64,000 nucleotides of DNA from a bacterium (GTDB taxonomy: Bacteria > UBA8248), in assembly GCA_965219955.1 (NCBI GenBank), contig OZ244799.1, positions 192,001 to 256,000 of the forward strand, in the 5' to 3' direction. Numbering within the stretch: position 1 is the first letter of the stretch; each line of letters opens with the position of its first letter. The notes under the pieces were generated by a model. It did no database searches. It was not told the origin of the DNA and worked only from the letters and a program-made list of their open reading frames with translations. This document shows positions 31,491 to 42,006 of the stretch, in pieces. A program made the translations under genes and the position numbers.

Positions 31491-33320
31491 ATGCTCTCGA
31501 CTCTGGACTGGTCGCTCATCCTCGCATACATCGCGTTCGCCTTGATCGTCGGTGTTCTCACCTCACGAGCGGCGTCTAAGAGCCTGGCCTCATATTTCGT
31601 GGCCGGGCGCAGCCTGCCCTGGTGGTGGATAGGCACCTCGATGGTGGCGACCACGTTCGCCTCGGACACCCCCCTCGTCGTGGCCGGCATCGTCGCCAAG
31701 CGCGGGATTTCGGGGAACTGGTTCTGGTGGGCGTGGGTCATCGGCAACGTGGGCGTCGCGGTCTTCTTCGCCCCCCTGTGGCGGCGCGCGGGCGTGGTGA
31801 CCGACGCCGAGCTCATCGAGTTGCGCTACGGGAGCGGCCCCGGCGCGTTCCTGCGCGGCTTCAAGGCCGTCTATTCCTCCCTCATCGTGAACATCATCGT
31901 CCTGGGCTGGGTGTTCCGCGCCATGGCGAAGATAGCCGAGCCCTTCCTCCGGTGGGAGGAGATTCTGCCCTCGAACCTGTGGACGGCCGTCGAGGCGAAC
32001 TGGCCTGCCGTCCTCACGATGGGAAGCGTGAACGAAAGCCTTACGGTCGCCCTGCTCGTCTTGATGATTGCGCTTTACGCGAGCGCGGGCGGCATCCGCG
32101 GCGTCATGCTCACCGATCTGTTCCAGTTCGTCATCGCGATGGCCGGAAGCTGCCTGTTCGCCTGGTACGCCGTCGAAGCCGTCGGCGGGCTCTCGGGCCT
32201 GAGCGCGAAGCTGGGCGAGATTTACGGCGCGGAGGGGGCGGCGAACATCATCTCCTTCCTCCCGCCCGAGGGCGCCGGATGGGCGGGGGCGCAGGTGATC
32301 CTCATCTACCTGTTCGTGGTCTGGTGGGCGCACAACAACGCCGACGGCGGCGGCTACATCGGCCAGAGGCTATGCTCGGCGCGCTCGCCGAGGGACGCCC
32401 AGGCGGGCGCTTTCCTCTTCACGGTCGGGAACTACGTCCTGAGGCCCTGGCCGTGGATACTCATCGGCCTCGTGAGCCTGGTCCTCGTGCCCAAGGGCAT
32501 GGACGCCCTGCCCGGCACGATGGAGGCGAAGATTCTCGCCGACCGCGAGGCGGCCTATCCCCTCCTCATGGAGAAACTCCTGCCGGCGGGGGTTCTCGGC
32601 CTCGTGTTGGTGGGTCTTTTGGGCGCGTTCATGAGCACGGTGGACACGCACCTGAACTGGGGGATGAGCTATCTCGTGAACGACGTGTATGCGCGTTTCA
32701 TCAGAAAAGGAGCGGGCGCGCGGGAGGTCGTCTTCGTCAGCCGGCTGGGCGTCCTGATCATGGCGGTCGGCGCCTTCGCCGTGGCGGGGCAAATCAAAAG
32801 CATCGAGGTCGCCTGGAAGTTCCACATCTCGCTCGGTGCGGGCCTGGGCCTTCCGGTGATCCTGCGCTGGCTGTGGTGGCGCGCGAACGCCTGGACGGAA
32901 ATTTCAGGGATGCTGGCCGCCGGCGCGACCGCCCTCTATCTCCACTGGGAGGGGAAGCCGCCCGCTTTCCCCGTATTGCTGGCCGCGGAGGTGGGCGTCG
33001 GCTTCCTGGTGATGCTGATAGTCACCTTCATCACGAGGCCCGCGCGCCCGGAGGTTTTGCGGAATTTCTGGGCGCAAGTGCATCCGCCGGGCGCATGGGG
33101 CCGGGTGCGCGGGGAGGACAGGCGCGCAGCCCCCGTATCGGCGCTTGCCGGTCTGTGGATTTGTATGAGCGTCTTCGTTTTCGCGCTGATGTTCCTGGTC
33201 GGCGCGCTGCTCGTCGGCACCTGGGCGCAGGCGGGCGGGCTCGCGCTCCTGGCGGGGTTCGCCCTGTGCATGGCGTGGGGGATCGACAGGAGGTATCGCT
33301 ACGGGATTTTGTTCGTGTAG
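31491..33320 (+). CDS. Sodium:solute symporter family protein
   Basis: YFVAGRSLPWW, SMVATTFASDTPL, AFMSTVDTHLNWG. Confidence 0.92.
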   Translation: MLSTLDWSLILAYIAFALIVGVLTSRAASKSLASYFVAGRSLPWWWIGTSMVATTFASDTPLVVAGIVAKRGISGNWFWWAWVIGNVGVAVFFAPLWRRAGVVTDAELIELRYGSGPGAFLRGFKAVYSSLIVNIIVLGWVFRAMAKIAEPFLRWEEILPSNLWTAVEANWPAVLTMGSVNESLTVALLVLMIALYASAGGIRGVMLTDLFQFVIAMAGSCLFAWYAVEAVGGLSGLSAKLGEIYGAEGAANIISFLPPEGAGWAGAQVILIYLFVVWWAHNNADGGGYIGQRLCSARSPRDAQAGAFLFTVGNYVLRPWPWILIGLVSLVLVPKGMDALPGTMEAKILADREAAYPLLMEKLLPAGVLGLVLVGLLGAFMSTVDTHLNWGMSYLVNDVYARFIRKGAGAREVVFVSRLGVLIMAVGAFAVAGQIKSIEVAWKFHISLGAGLGLPVILRWLWWRANAWTEISGMLAAGATALYLHWEGKPPAFPVLLAAEVGVGFLVMLIVTFITRPARPEVLRNFWAQVHPPGAWGRVRGEDRRAAPVSALAGLWICMSVFVFALMFLVGALLVGTWAQAGGLALLAGFALCMAWGIDRRYRYGILFV

Positions 33321-33589
33321 GGAGCCTGTATATCAAAATGAGGCGTAGGGGCGGTTCGCGAACTGTGGGGCAGCCCCGAGGAGGGGTTGCCCCTACAGGC
33401 GAATGTGGTTTTGATCCTCATTCCGGCGGTGGACGATTCCGAGCGAGGAGGAGTTTTTCAACAAGCCCCTCGGGCTTCGATGAACGCAAGTTGGCAGCCA
33501 TCCCCGGTATGTGGGATAAAATGTTTGGGAGATGCCGCCTTCGGACGGCGGAAGAGAAAGTCCCTGCTTCGGAATAGGGGGATGGAACA

Positions 33590-33751
33590 ATGGAAAGCAA
33601 CATCTGGATAGGGTTCATCGTGGTCGTCATCACGATCGTCGGCTCCCACACCTGGCTTCACAGGGACATCGCCGAACTCCGGGAACGCATGGCGAAACTG
33701 GAGGGGACGTTCGAGGGCTTCATGACCTCGCAGCGCAAATCTGCGGACTAG
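33590..33751 (+). CDS. Small TM + coiled-coil protein (53 aa, below the ORF-track cutoff)
   Basis: MESNIWIGFIVVVITIVGSHTWLHRDIAELRERMAKLEGTFEGFMTSQRKSAD. Confidence 0.6.
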   Translation: MESNIWIGFIVVVITIVGSHTWLHRDIAELRERMAKLEGTFEGFMTSQRKSAD

Positions 33752-33965
33752 CCGGTTATTCAGCCAGCAATCGCTTTTTCGTTAAAATTTTATAGAAACA
33801 CCCTGACTTTGGGGAATGTTTGCGCCTACATTTATGCGTTTCCTGGGGGAAATGAAAGCGCAAAAAAATGGTAGGGACAGGTCGCGACCTGTCCCTACTT
33901 GTTTCATCCTCGATGCGGGCGGACACATGGGTCCGCCCCTGCGAAACCGTTGCCCTGCGAACTTC

Positions 33966-34442
33966 CTACTCGTCCACCTCCTCGAACTCCGCCGTATACT
34001 CCACCTGAATCCCCCGCTGCACGCTCTGGCTGGCCGGGCAGCCCTTCTCGTGTACGGCGAGGGCGCGCTCGGCGTCTTCTCGCTTTCCTTTGGGGATGCG
34101 GCACTTGTAATGGACCTTGATCCTGGTGACCAGGGCCATGCCGTCCACGTTCTCGATGATGCCTTCGACTTCCGCCACCAGGTTGTCGGGGCTGCTCTTT
34201 ATCCCGCGCGCATCCAGCGCGCCTCCCATGTTGCCCGTCAGTCAGCCGGCGACGGCGGCGGCCAGGTGATCCAGCGTGGCCGGACGCTCCTCCTCGGGTT
34301 CCGCCTTGTAGAAGTTCTTGATGCCCCCGTGGATGCCGTAGGGGATTGGCTCGTCGGGGAAGGCGTCGAGATAGCCCGTCTTCATCCCCCTGCCGGGTTC
34401 CTTGACGATGCGGGCCTTGGTGACGTGAATGACTTCGCCCAT
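33966..34442 (-). CDS. OsmC-family protein, probable selenoprotein (in-frame TGA at 34242-34244)
   Basis: ORFs 34242..34484 and 33966..34229 are in one frame: AAAVAG-TGA-LTGNMGGAL...HEKGCPASQSV; AGGAG RBS before the ATG at 34442. Confidence 0.78.
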
Positions 34443-34542
34443 GTTGCTCTCCTTCTCGTGATGAGGTTTCGAAAATGGCTTCAAGGAAAATCACAACTCA
34501 AGGGTAGCACCCCGCCGGAGCGAGGGAAACTCTCCCAGGACC

Positions 34543-35454
34543 CTACGTGATGACGATGATGGTGCCCCCCACGGTCAACAGCGCGCCGAGGACGAGCCGT
34601 GGCGTGATGTTTTCCATCTCGCGCAGGAAGAGCCAGCCGAGCACCAGGACGATGAGCGGCTGGGCGGAGATGATGGCCGTCACGCGCACGGCCAGCGTGT
34701 GGACGAACGCGAAGTTGTAAAGCGGCACGGCGATCGCCTGGCAGGCGGCTGCGGCGAAAATCCACCTCCAGACCGAAGCGGGTATCGGGCCGCGCGATTC
34801 CTCGCCGCCCCTGTCGAGCGCCATCAGCAGCGACGCCGTGGCGGCCCCCACCCAGAGCGCGATTGCGGCGGTGGCGAGCGGGTGGAGGTTCAGGGACGCC
34901 TTCTTGAAGAAGACGGCCGCCACGCCCCAGAGCAGTGAGGTGACGCCGGCGGAAATCCAGCCGAACAGCTTCCATCTCGCGCCGTGGGCTTCGGCTTCCG
35001 GCTCCCGGGATGGTTCGGCCTGGACGATGAGCGTGATGCCGACAAGCAGAATGACGAGGCCGGTGAAGATCGAGAGCGTCGGCGTCTCCCCCAGCATGAA
35101 CGACGCCACGACCGCCGTGACGACGGGATACGTCAGCGCGATGGGGATGGAGCGGTTCGGCCCGATGCGGTGGATGGCGCGGTAGTAGAACGAGCGCGAT
35201 ATGCCGATGTGGAAAAAGCCCGCCAGAAAAGCGAAGGCGAAGGTGGTCATGGAGACGCCCCGAAAATCCTCGGCCGAGATAAAGAAAACGGCGATGAGCG
35301 TCACGAGGGCCGCGTTCACACCCGTCATGGCGGCGGTGACCTTGAGGACGGGCGCGTTCATGAGCGCGCGCTTGATGAAATAGACGAAAACCGCCCAGGA
35401 GGTCGAGGCTATCGAAGCGAGGAGGATGCCGTAGGCGTTCGATTCGAGGCCCAT
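34543..35454 (-). CDS. DMT/EamA-family transporter
   Basis: ~10 TM helices in two repeats. Confidence 0.88.
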   Translation of the reverse strand: MGLESNAYGILLASIASTSWAVFVYFIKRALMNAPVLKVTAAMTGVNAALVTLIAVFFISAEDFRGVSMTTFAFAFLAGFFHIGISRSFYYRAIHRIGPNRSIPIALTYPVVTAVVASFMLGETPTLSIFTGLVILLVGITLIVQAEPSREPEAEAHGARWKLFGWISAGVTSLLWGVAAVFFKKASLNLHPLATAAIALWVGAATASLLMALDRGGEESRGPIPASVWRWIFAAAACQAIAVPLYNFAFVHTLAVRVTAIISAQPLIVLVLGWLFLREMENITPRLVLGALLTVGGTIIVIT

Positions 35455-35517
35455 CTCAGGAGAGGTTCGCGGGCGGATGCGCCGCGAATCGCGGTGTCCG
35501 GAGCCTGGCCAAAGAGG

Positions 35518-36141
35518 TTATTTGTCGGAATTGATGCAGAGTACCGCGCGCCAGTAGTCGAAGATGTTCACGCGCTCCTGGCGTTCGAGGGTCAGGTTGT
35601 TCGCCTCGAGCAGGGGCTCCAGGTCCAGGGTGGTCTCCCATCCGAATTTCTTGCAGACCCCGTTGATGAGTTCTTCGAACTTGGCCAGCAGAAGTTTTTG
35701 GCTCTTGAAATGGTTGATGAAGACGACGCGTCCGCCCGGCTTGCACACGCGGCAGATTTCCGAGACGACCTTGTGCGGGTCGGGGGCGGCGCTCACCACG
35801 TAGCAGGCGGTGACGCAGTCGAAGGTGTTGTCCTCATACGCCATGTTCTGCGCGTCCATCACGGCGAGTTCGACGTTATTGAGGTCCATCTTCTCGATTT
35901 TCTCTTTCGCCTTCTCGAGCATTTTGGAAGAAATGTCGATGGCGATAATCTCCGAGGTCGGCGGGTAGAGCGGCAGGGAAAGCCCGGTGCCCACGCCTAC
36001 TTCGAGCAGTTTCTCGCCGGGCTTCAGGTCGAGCAGGTCGACGCCGACGTTTCTGCCTTCACTGAACACGTGCTTGAAGACCAGGTCGTAGAATTTCCCC
36101 CAGCGATCATATATCTTGATGACGGCATCCGGCGATTCCAC
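35518..36141 (-). CDS. Class I SAM methyltransferase, PmtA-like phospholipid N-methyltransferase
   Basis: LLEVGVGTGLSLPLYP, RVCKPGG, INHF. Confidence 0.8.
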   Translation of the reverse strand: MESPDAVIKIYDRWGKFYDLVFKHVFSEGRNVGVDLLDLKPGEKLLEVGVGTGLSLPLYPPTSEIIAIDISSKMLEKAKEKIEKMDLNNVELAVMDAQNMAYEDNTFDCVTACYVVSAAPDPHKVVSEICRVCKPGGRVVFINHFKSQKLLLAKFEELINGVCKKFGWETTLDLEPLLEANNLTLERQERVNIFDYWRAVLCINSDK

Positions 36142-36346
36142 TTTGCATCCCTCAATCTAGTTCCCGCGCTCGCAGTTGCACGGGAATCAGGTGGGCGATG
36201 GGCATACCAACCACGACTATATCCGGCATGCTTCCCGGCTTGGACCAACTCTCTTCCTTCCAACTTCGGAAGATATGCCATATTGTAAAAAAAAATAAAA
36301 ACTTTTTCCAGATCAATCGGCAATGGTGATTAAGGGAGAACAGGAC

Positions 36347-37132
36347 ATGGCGTGGGAGACCATCGATTTCGAGCAAGAGGGCGGCTTGGCCCTCGTGCGG
36401 CTCAATCGCCCCGAAGCGCTGAACGCGCTCGACCGGCAGATGGCGACAGACTTATACGAGGTGTGCGAGCGATGCAGCGAACCCGACGTCCGCGCGATGG
36501 TCCTGAGCGGGGCGGGGCGCGCCTTCTGCGCGGGCGGGGACTTGAAGGAGATCGAGGCGCGCATCCGGGCGGGCGAGCGGATGGAGGAGTTCCTCTGGCC
36601 GGACTACCAGAAATCGGTGGCGAAACTCCACGAGGTGCGCTGCCCGACGATAGCCGCCGTCCACGGTTTCGCCGTGGGCGCGGGATGTGATATCGCTTTG
36701 GCCTGCGACATCCGCCTCGCGGGCGCAGGCGCTTCGTTCGGGCAGGTGTACTCGAAGGTCGGGCTCGTCCCCGATTGCGGGGGAACGTTTTTCCTGCCCC
36801 GCGTCGTGGGAAGCGCGAAGGCCCTGGAGTTGATTTTGACGGGCGACGTCATCGACGCGGAGGCGGCGCTCGCCATCGGTCTCGTCCGCTCGGTTCATCC
36901 CGATGACGCGCTCATCGAAGAAGCGGCCGCCCTGGGACGAAGGCTCGCCGAGGGGCCCTCGATTGCGCTTCGCGCGGCGAAGAAGCTGGTTCGCGCCTCA
37001 GGCGGCCTGGACGTGGCGACGGCGCTGCGCGCGGAAGCGGGCGCGCAGGCCGAGACGGTCGCCAGTTCGGATTTCCAGGAGGGGATCAACGCCTTTCTGG
37101 AGAAGCGAAAACCCGGGTTCCAGGGTAAGTGA
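36347..37132 (+). CDS. Enoyl-CoA hydratase/isomerase family protein (PaaG-like)
   Basis: AFCAGGDL, GLVPDCGG. Confidence 0.9.
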   Translation: MAWETIDFEQEGGLALVRLNRPEALNALDRQMATDLYEVCERCSEPDVRAMVLSGAGRAFCAGGDLKEIEARIRAGERMEEFLWPDYQKSVAKLHEVRCPTIAAVHGFAVGAGCDIALACDIRLAGAGASFGQVYSKVGLVPDCGGTFFLPRVVGSAKALELILTGDVIDAEAALAIGLVRSVHPDDALIEEAAALGRRLAEGPSIALRAAKKLVRASGGLDVATALRAEAGAQAETVASSDFQEGINAFLEKRKPGFQGK

Positions 37133-37183
37133 ACGATCTCCGGCGATTCGGAGCCGCCGCCATATAAAGGACGCTTCTTGGGC

Positions 37184-38146
37184 ATGGAAGCATTTTTCGC
37201 AAGTTTTCCCGTCTGGATGAATTTCATTTTCTTCGCTGCGGGTCTCCTCATCATCACGATAGGCGCTGACTGGTTCACCGACGGCGCGGTCGGAATCGCC
37301 GAAATCACGGGGGTTCCCAAAGTCGTCGTCGGCGCCACGCTGGTGAGCCTGGCGACGACGGCGCCTGAGTTCAGCGTTTCCGTCATTGCGGCCTGGCTGG
37401 AGCATCCGGCCACGTCCGTGGGAAACGCGGTCGGCTCCACCATCTGCAACATCGGGCTCATTCTGGCGGTGGCGTTTCTGCTCGAGCCCGTGTCCCTGTC
37501 CAGGGAAGACGTGATGCGCAAAGGCCTGTTCATGACGGCGATGGGCGTGTTGCTCGTTCTCCTGGGCTGGGATGAGCAAATCACCAGGATCGAAGGCCTG
37601 GTCCTGTTCGCCCTGGTGCCCGTTTTTCTGTGGTTCGGCATGAAGCGGGGAACATGGTCGGATTTCGATTTCGGGACCACGGTGACCGACCGGGAAATAC
37701 ATCATGTCGGGCTGCGGTTCATCGCCGGTTCGATCCTGGTGGTTTTCGGCAGCGTGCTGCTCGTGCAGAACGCGGTGCATCTGGCACGGGCCATGGGCAT
37801 TTCCGAACTGGTCATCGCCCTTACGCTGGTGGCTATCGGCACGTCTCTTCCCGAATTGATCACGGCGGTTTCCGCATCCTGGCAGGGTCATGGAGACATG
37901 GCCGTCGGCAACGTGCTGGGCGCGAACGTCCTGAACATCACGTGGGTTCTCGGCGGGGCGTCGCTCATTACGCCCCTGGGTATTGAGCGGCAATCGTTCG
38001 TTCTGGATTTCCCGTTCATGCTCCTGCTCATGTTGATGTTCTTGCTTCTCGCCTTATGGAAGCGCGGCATGGGACGCAGGGCGGGACTCATGTTCCTTAC
38101 GGGATACGCGTGCTATCTGACGCTCATGGTCGTCTACTTTGTTTGA
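37184..38146 (+). CDS. Calcium/sodium antiporter (YrbG-like)
   Basis: ATTAPE / GTSLPE alpha repeats, GNAVGS / GNVLGAN. Confidence 0.92.
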   Translation: MEAFFASFPVWMNFIFFAAGLLIITIGADWFTDGAVGIAEITGVPKVVVGATLVSLATTAPEFSVSVIAAWLEHPATSVGNAVGSTICNIGLILAVAFLLEPVSLSREDVMRKGLFMTAMGVLLVLLGWDEQITRIEGLVLFALVPVFLWFGMKRGTWSDFDFGTTVTDREIHHVGLRFIAGSILVVFGSVLLVQNAVHLARAMGISELVIALTLVAIGTSLPELITAVSASWQGHGDMAVGNVLGANVLNITWVLGGASLITPLGIERQSFVLDFPFMLLLMLMFLLLALWKRGMGRRAGLMFLTGYACYLTLMVVYFV

Positions 38147-38257
38147 GGACGTCCGGCCGCAGGAAAACAATTTTCGCTCGGCGCCGTTTGCCGGTATATT
38201 AAGGGTTGATTTTCTGGATTCTTTTCGAGGTTCACAGGCGAGGGGAAAGTGGTGAGC

Positions 38258-39106
38258 ATGAAAAAAATGGGTGCGCTGATCGCGGTGGTCTTGTTGCTCG
38301 GCGGCCTTGAGGCCGAAGGGGCGAGCGGGAAAACCGGCCCTTCCACGAAAGATATGGGCCAGGTCGTCATCGAGGTGAACGAGAAGAAAATCACCCTGGG
38401 AGAGATCGAGCAGAGGATGAGACAATTGGCTCCCGCCGTGCGAATCCGCATCCGCAAGAACAAGGAACGCTTTCTCGATGGCCTGGTCCAGGGGGAACTC
38501 CTGTATCAGGAGGCGGTTCGCCAAAAAATTGACGAATCTCCCCAGATTCAAAAGCGGGTCGAGCGCTTGAAGCGCAGGCTCGTCATCGAGGAGTTTCTGA
38601 AACAGGACGCGGAGGCGGTGGGCGCGTCAGAGCAGCAGTTGCGCGATTTCTTTCTCGCCAACAAGGAGCGGTTCCGCCGCAGGGAGGCGGTCACCCTCGC
38701 CCACATCGTGCTCAAAACCGAGCAGGAGGCGTGGGACGCCGTCGCCGAACTCAGAAAGGGGACGCCTTTCGCGCAGGTGGCGAGGCAACGCTCCATCTTC
38801 GAGGGCACGCGCGATTCGGGCGGCATGATGGGCACGGCCGAGCGGGGCGCGTTGGAAAAGGCGCTCGAAGACGTGGCGTTCAAACTGCCCATCGGCCAGC
38901 CGAGCAACCCGGTTCGAACCTCCGTCGGCTGGCAGGTGATACGGGTGCTCGAGCGCGTGGGGGCTGAGGATGCGAAATTTGATGACGTCAAGGATGACGT
39001 AAAGCTCGTTTATTCGGAACTCAAGAGAAGAGAGAGGTACGAGGCGCTGCTCAAGCGCTTGCGCGAGGGAGCGAAAGTCAAGGTTCATGCGGAGCGGTTC
39101 AAGTAG
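38258..39106 (+). CDS. Parvulin-type peptidyl-prolyl isomerase (PrsA/SurA-like)
   Basis: Signal peptide, HIVLK, FAQVARQRS, PVRTSVGWQVI. Confidence 0.88.
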   Translation: MKKMGALIAVVLLLGGLEAEGASGKTGPSTKDMGQVVIEVNEKKITLGEIEQRMRQLAPAVRIRIRKNKERFLDGLVQGELLYQEAVRQKIDESPQIQKRVERLKRRLVIEEFLKQDAEAVGASEQQLRDFFLANKERFRRREAVTLAHIVLKTEQEAWDAVAELRKGTPFAQVARQRSIFEGTRDSGGMMGTAERGALEKALEDVAFKLPIGQPSNPVRTSVGWQVIRVLERVGAEDAKFDDVKDDVKLVYSELKRRERYEALLKRLREGAKVKVHAERFK

Positions 39107-39115
39107 GGTCGCGCG

Positions 39116-39179
39116 CTATCCACATTTTATCCACAGGTTCTCCCCTGAATATCCCCAGGAATTTCACGGACTATCCACA
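39116..39179 (+). promoter_or_regulatory. Phased DnaA-box array
   Basis: TTATCCACA at 39127, CTATCCACA at 39116 and 39171, degenerate boxes between, all at 11-bp period. Confidence 0.7.
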
Positions 39180-39216
39180 ACAAATTGTGGTTCAGGGCAA
39201 AAAAATCATTGACCCG

Positions 39217-39232
39217 GCACTATATGTTGTGT
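39217..39232 (+). promoter_or_regulatory. NrdR-box-like site within a promoter spacer upstream of dcd
   Basis: gCACTATATGTTGTGT resembles acaCwAtATaTwGtgt; TTGACC at 39209 and TATAAT at 39236. Confidence 0.55.
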
Positions 39233-39504
39233 TTATATAATTTTTCTCGGAACATGGTTTCCAAGCGAGTCCCAGGCGCTTCTCTCGTGTTTCGACTCAG
39301 GAGAGGCGCTTGTCGGATCGCCCCCGTTTCGGGCGGACAGGGGCGGTCGTCTGGGGGTGGGGGGAGTTGGTCTCCTCTCGCCCCCAGATATTATATGCCC
39401 GGGATTTTCACCCCCGAAAAATCGAGCATTGGTCGTTTTCGGGTTTTCGGTTTCGGATGGAATCCGGGGTTTCAACATGCGTCCGGGCAGGCGGAGTGCA
39501 CGGG

Positions 39505-40059
39505 ATGTCGATCAAATCGGACAAGTGGATATCGAAGATGGCGCGCGAGCACGGCATGATCGAGCCTTTCGAGGACAAGCAGGTGCGCGAGGGCGCCATC
39601 TCCTACGGCGTCTCTTCCTACGGCTACGACATCCGCATCGCCGATGAGTTCATGATCTTCACGAACGTGAACTCGACCATCGTGGATCCCAAGAATTTCG
39701 ACGAGCGCTCGCTCGTCCACGTCAAGGACGACACCTGCATCATCCCGCCCAATTCCTTCGCCCTCGCCAAGACGGTGGAGTATTTCCGCATCCCCAGGAG
39801 CGTGCTCACCGTCTGCGTGGGCAAGAGCACCTACGCGCGCTGCGGCATCATCGTCAACGTCACGCCCTTCGAACCCGAGTGGGAGGGCTTCGTCACCCTC
39901 GAGGTGTCGAACACCACGCCCCTGCCCGCCAAGATATACGCGAACGAGGGCATCGCGCAGGTGCTGTTCTTCGAGAGCGACGAGATGTGCGAGACCTCCT
40001 ACGCCGACAAGAAGGGCAAATACCAGAAACAAAAGGGCCTCACGCTGGCGAAGCTGTAG
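39505..40059 (+). CDS. dcd: dCTP deaminase
   Basis: [28 protein letters not shown]. Confidence 0.96.
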   Translation: MSIKSDKWISKMAREHGMIEPFEDKQVREGAISYGVSSYGYDIRIADEFMIFTNVNSTIVDPKNFDERSLVHVKDDTCIIPPNSFALAKTVEYFRIPRSVLTVCVGKSTYARCGIIVNVTPFEPEWEGFVTLEVSNTTPLPAKIYANEGIAQVLFFESDEMCETSYADKKGKYQKQKGLTLAKL

Positions 40060-40230
40060 GCCACGTTGCTTTTGCAGGGACAGGCCGCGGCCTGTTCCTG
40101 CGCCCCCTCCAAAACCCCTTGTTTTTCTTTTCCCTTTGATGTTTTGTGATCCTGTTGTATGATGATCCCATCTAATCCGCCCCAAAAGCGGACTCTCCCG
40201 CTTCATCGCTTTCCACGGGAGGTGTTCTCC

Positions 40231-40716
40231 GTGCCCCAGGAACTCTCTCACATCGACGAGCAGGGCCGCGCCCGGATGGTGGACGTCGGGGATAAGGAAG
40301 TCACCCGCCGCGAGGCCGTGGCGCGCGGCCGCCTGGAAATGGCGCCCGAAACCTTGGGCCTTATCCTCGCCGGTGGCCTGCCCAAGGGCGACGTGCTGGG
40401 CACGGCGCGCATCGCGGGCGTCATGGCGGCCAAGCAGTGCGCGAACCTCATCCCGATGTGTCATCCGCTGCGCATATCGAGCGTGGAAATCGACTTCACG
40501 GCCGATGAGCCGCTCGGCCTGCTGCGCATCTCGGCGGCCGTACGCGCGCAGGATAGAACGGGCGTGGAGATGGAGGCCCTGACGGCGGTGAGCGTGGCCG
40601 GTCTGACCGTCTACGATATGTGCAAGGCGGTGGACAAGGGGATGGTTCTTTCTGAAATCCGGCTGGCGAGAAAAACGGGCGGAAAGAGTGGGGATTTCAT
40701 ACTGGACGGGGAGTAG
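40231..40716 (+). CDS. moaC: Cyclic pyranopterin monophosphate synthase
   Basis: [31 protein letters not shown]. Confidence 0.96.
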   Translation: MPQELSHIDEQGRARMVDVGDKEVTRREAVARGRLEMAPETLGLILAGGLPKGDVLGTARIAGVMAAKQCANLIPMCHPLRISSVEIDFTADEPLGLLRISAAVRAQDRTGVEMEALTAVSVAGLTVYDMCKAVDKGMVLSEIRLARKTGGKSGDFILDGE

Positions 40717-40926
40717 TAATTCTTGGTCTCTTTATTTACGAGGACGATGCGCCTGACCCGCTCCCGCCCTTTGCCCGACGCTGGAGATGAAATGCCCTGA
40801 ACCGGGCGTTTTACCTTTGAAGGCGATACGGGTTCCGCCTGAAATCATGACGAAACAAGGTTGTTTTAATATGCGATTGCTTTTTTGTGCCGTTTATTCT
40901 GATGTGATACCGCGGGAGAAAGATAT

Positions 40927-42006
40927 ATGAAAGAATCCACGAAAAAGATGCCGGTGCAGACGGTGCCGGTGGAGAAAAAGGAGGGACCGAGCCGCCTGAG
41001 CCTGATTCTGGGCGCGCTCTTTATCATTCTTTGCGGCGTTCTCGGCGCGGCGCTCACCGAAGCCCTGGGCGCCCCGAACCGAATGGCCGGCCTGGCCGGA
41101 GGCGCTCTGGCGGGCGTTCTCCTTCTGGTGCTCGCGAGAGAACTCGGCAAGCTGAAAATCGGCACCCTGGGCGGTGGAGCAGCCGGCCTGCTCTTCGGCC
41201 TTTTGGCCGCCCTGCTGCTTTCCGCTCTCGTCGGCGAGGCGTTTCCTCAAAACGTCCGTCCCCTCTTTGCCGCCTCTACGGGCTTGCTGCTCAGCGCTCT
41301 GGGCGTCGTTCTCGGGTCGGTGGCGGGGGGCCGGTATTCATCGCCTCCTGCTGCGAAGGGTAAAGACCCAGCCGCCAAGAAGTACCATCACGCCAAGATT
41401 CTCGACACCAGCGTCATCATCGACGGACGCATCGCCGACATCTGCGAGGCGGGCTTCGTCGAAGGACCCATGGTGGTGCCCCAGTTCGTGCTCAAGGAAT
41501 TGCAGCAGATCGCGGATTCTTCGGATTCCCTGAAGCGCAACCGGGGACGCCGCGGCCTCGACGTCCTCCAGCGGATTCAGCAGAATCAGGACCTCGACAT
41601 CCACATCCTGGAGACGGATTTCCCCCGCGTGAAGGAGGTGGACACCAAGCTCGTTCTCCTCGGCAAGGAGATATGCGGCAAGGTGATGACCAACGACTTC
41701 AACCTCAACAAGGTGGCCGAGCTCCAGGGAGTGCGGGTTCTCAACATCAACGAACTGGCGAACTCGGTGAAGCCGGTCGTCCTGCCCGGCGAGGACATGA
41801 GTGTCTTCGTCATCAAGGAGGGCAAGGAGCACAACCAGGGCGTCGGCTATCTCGACGATGGAACCATGGTGGTGGTGGATCATGCGAAGCATCGCATCGG
41901 CGAGCAAATTCCCGTTTCCGTGACGAGCGTCTTGCAGACCACCGCCGGGCGGATGATTTTTACGAAAATACGAGATGAAGCCGAACTATCGCAAACCGGC
42001 GCCTGA
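40927..42006 (+). CDS. Membrane PIN/TRAM-domain protein (YacL-like)
   Basis: [32 protein letters not shown]. Confidence 0.93.
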   Translation: MKESTKKMPVQTVPVEKKEGPSRLSLILGALFIILCGVLGAALTEALGAPNRMAGLAGGALAGVLLLVLARELGKLKIGTLGGGAAGLLFGLLAALLLSALVGEAFPQNVRPLFAASTGLLLSALGVVLGSVAGGRYSSPPAAKGKDPAAKKYHHAKILDTSVIIDGRIADICEAGFVEGPMVVPQFVLKELQQIADSSDSLKRNRGRRGLDVLQRIQQNQDLDIHILETDFPRVKEVDTKLVLLGKEICGKVMTNDFNLNKVAELQGVRVLNINELANSVKPVVLPGEDMSVFVIKEGKEHNQGVGYLDDGTMVVVDHAKHRIGEQIPVSVTSVLQTTAGRMIFTKIRDEAELSQTGA

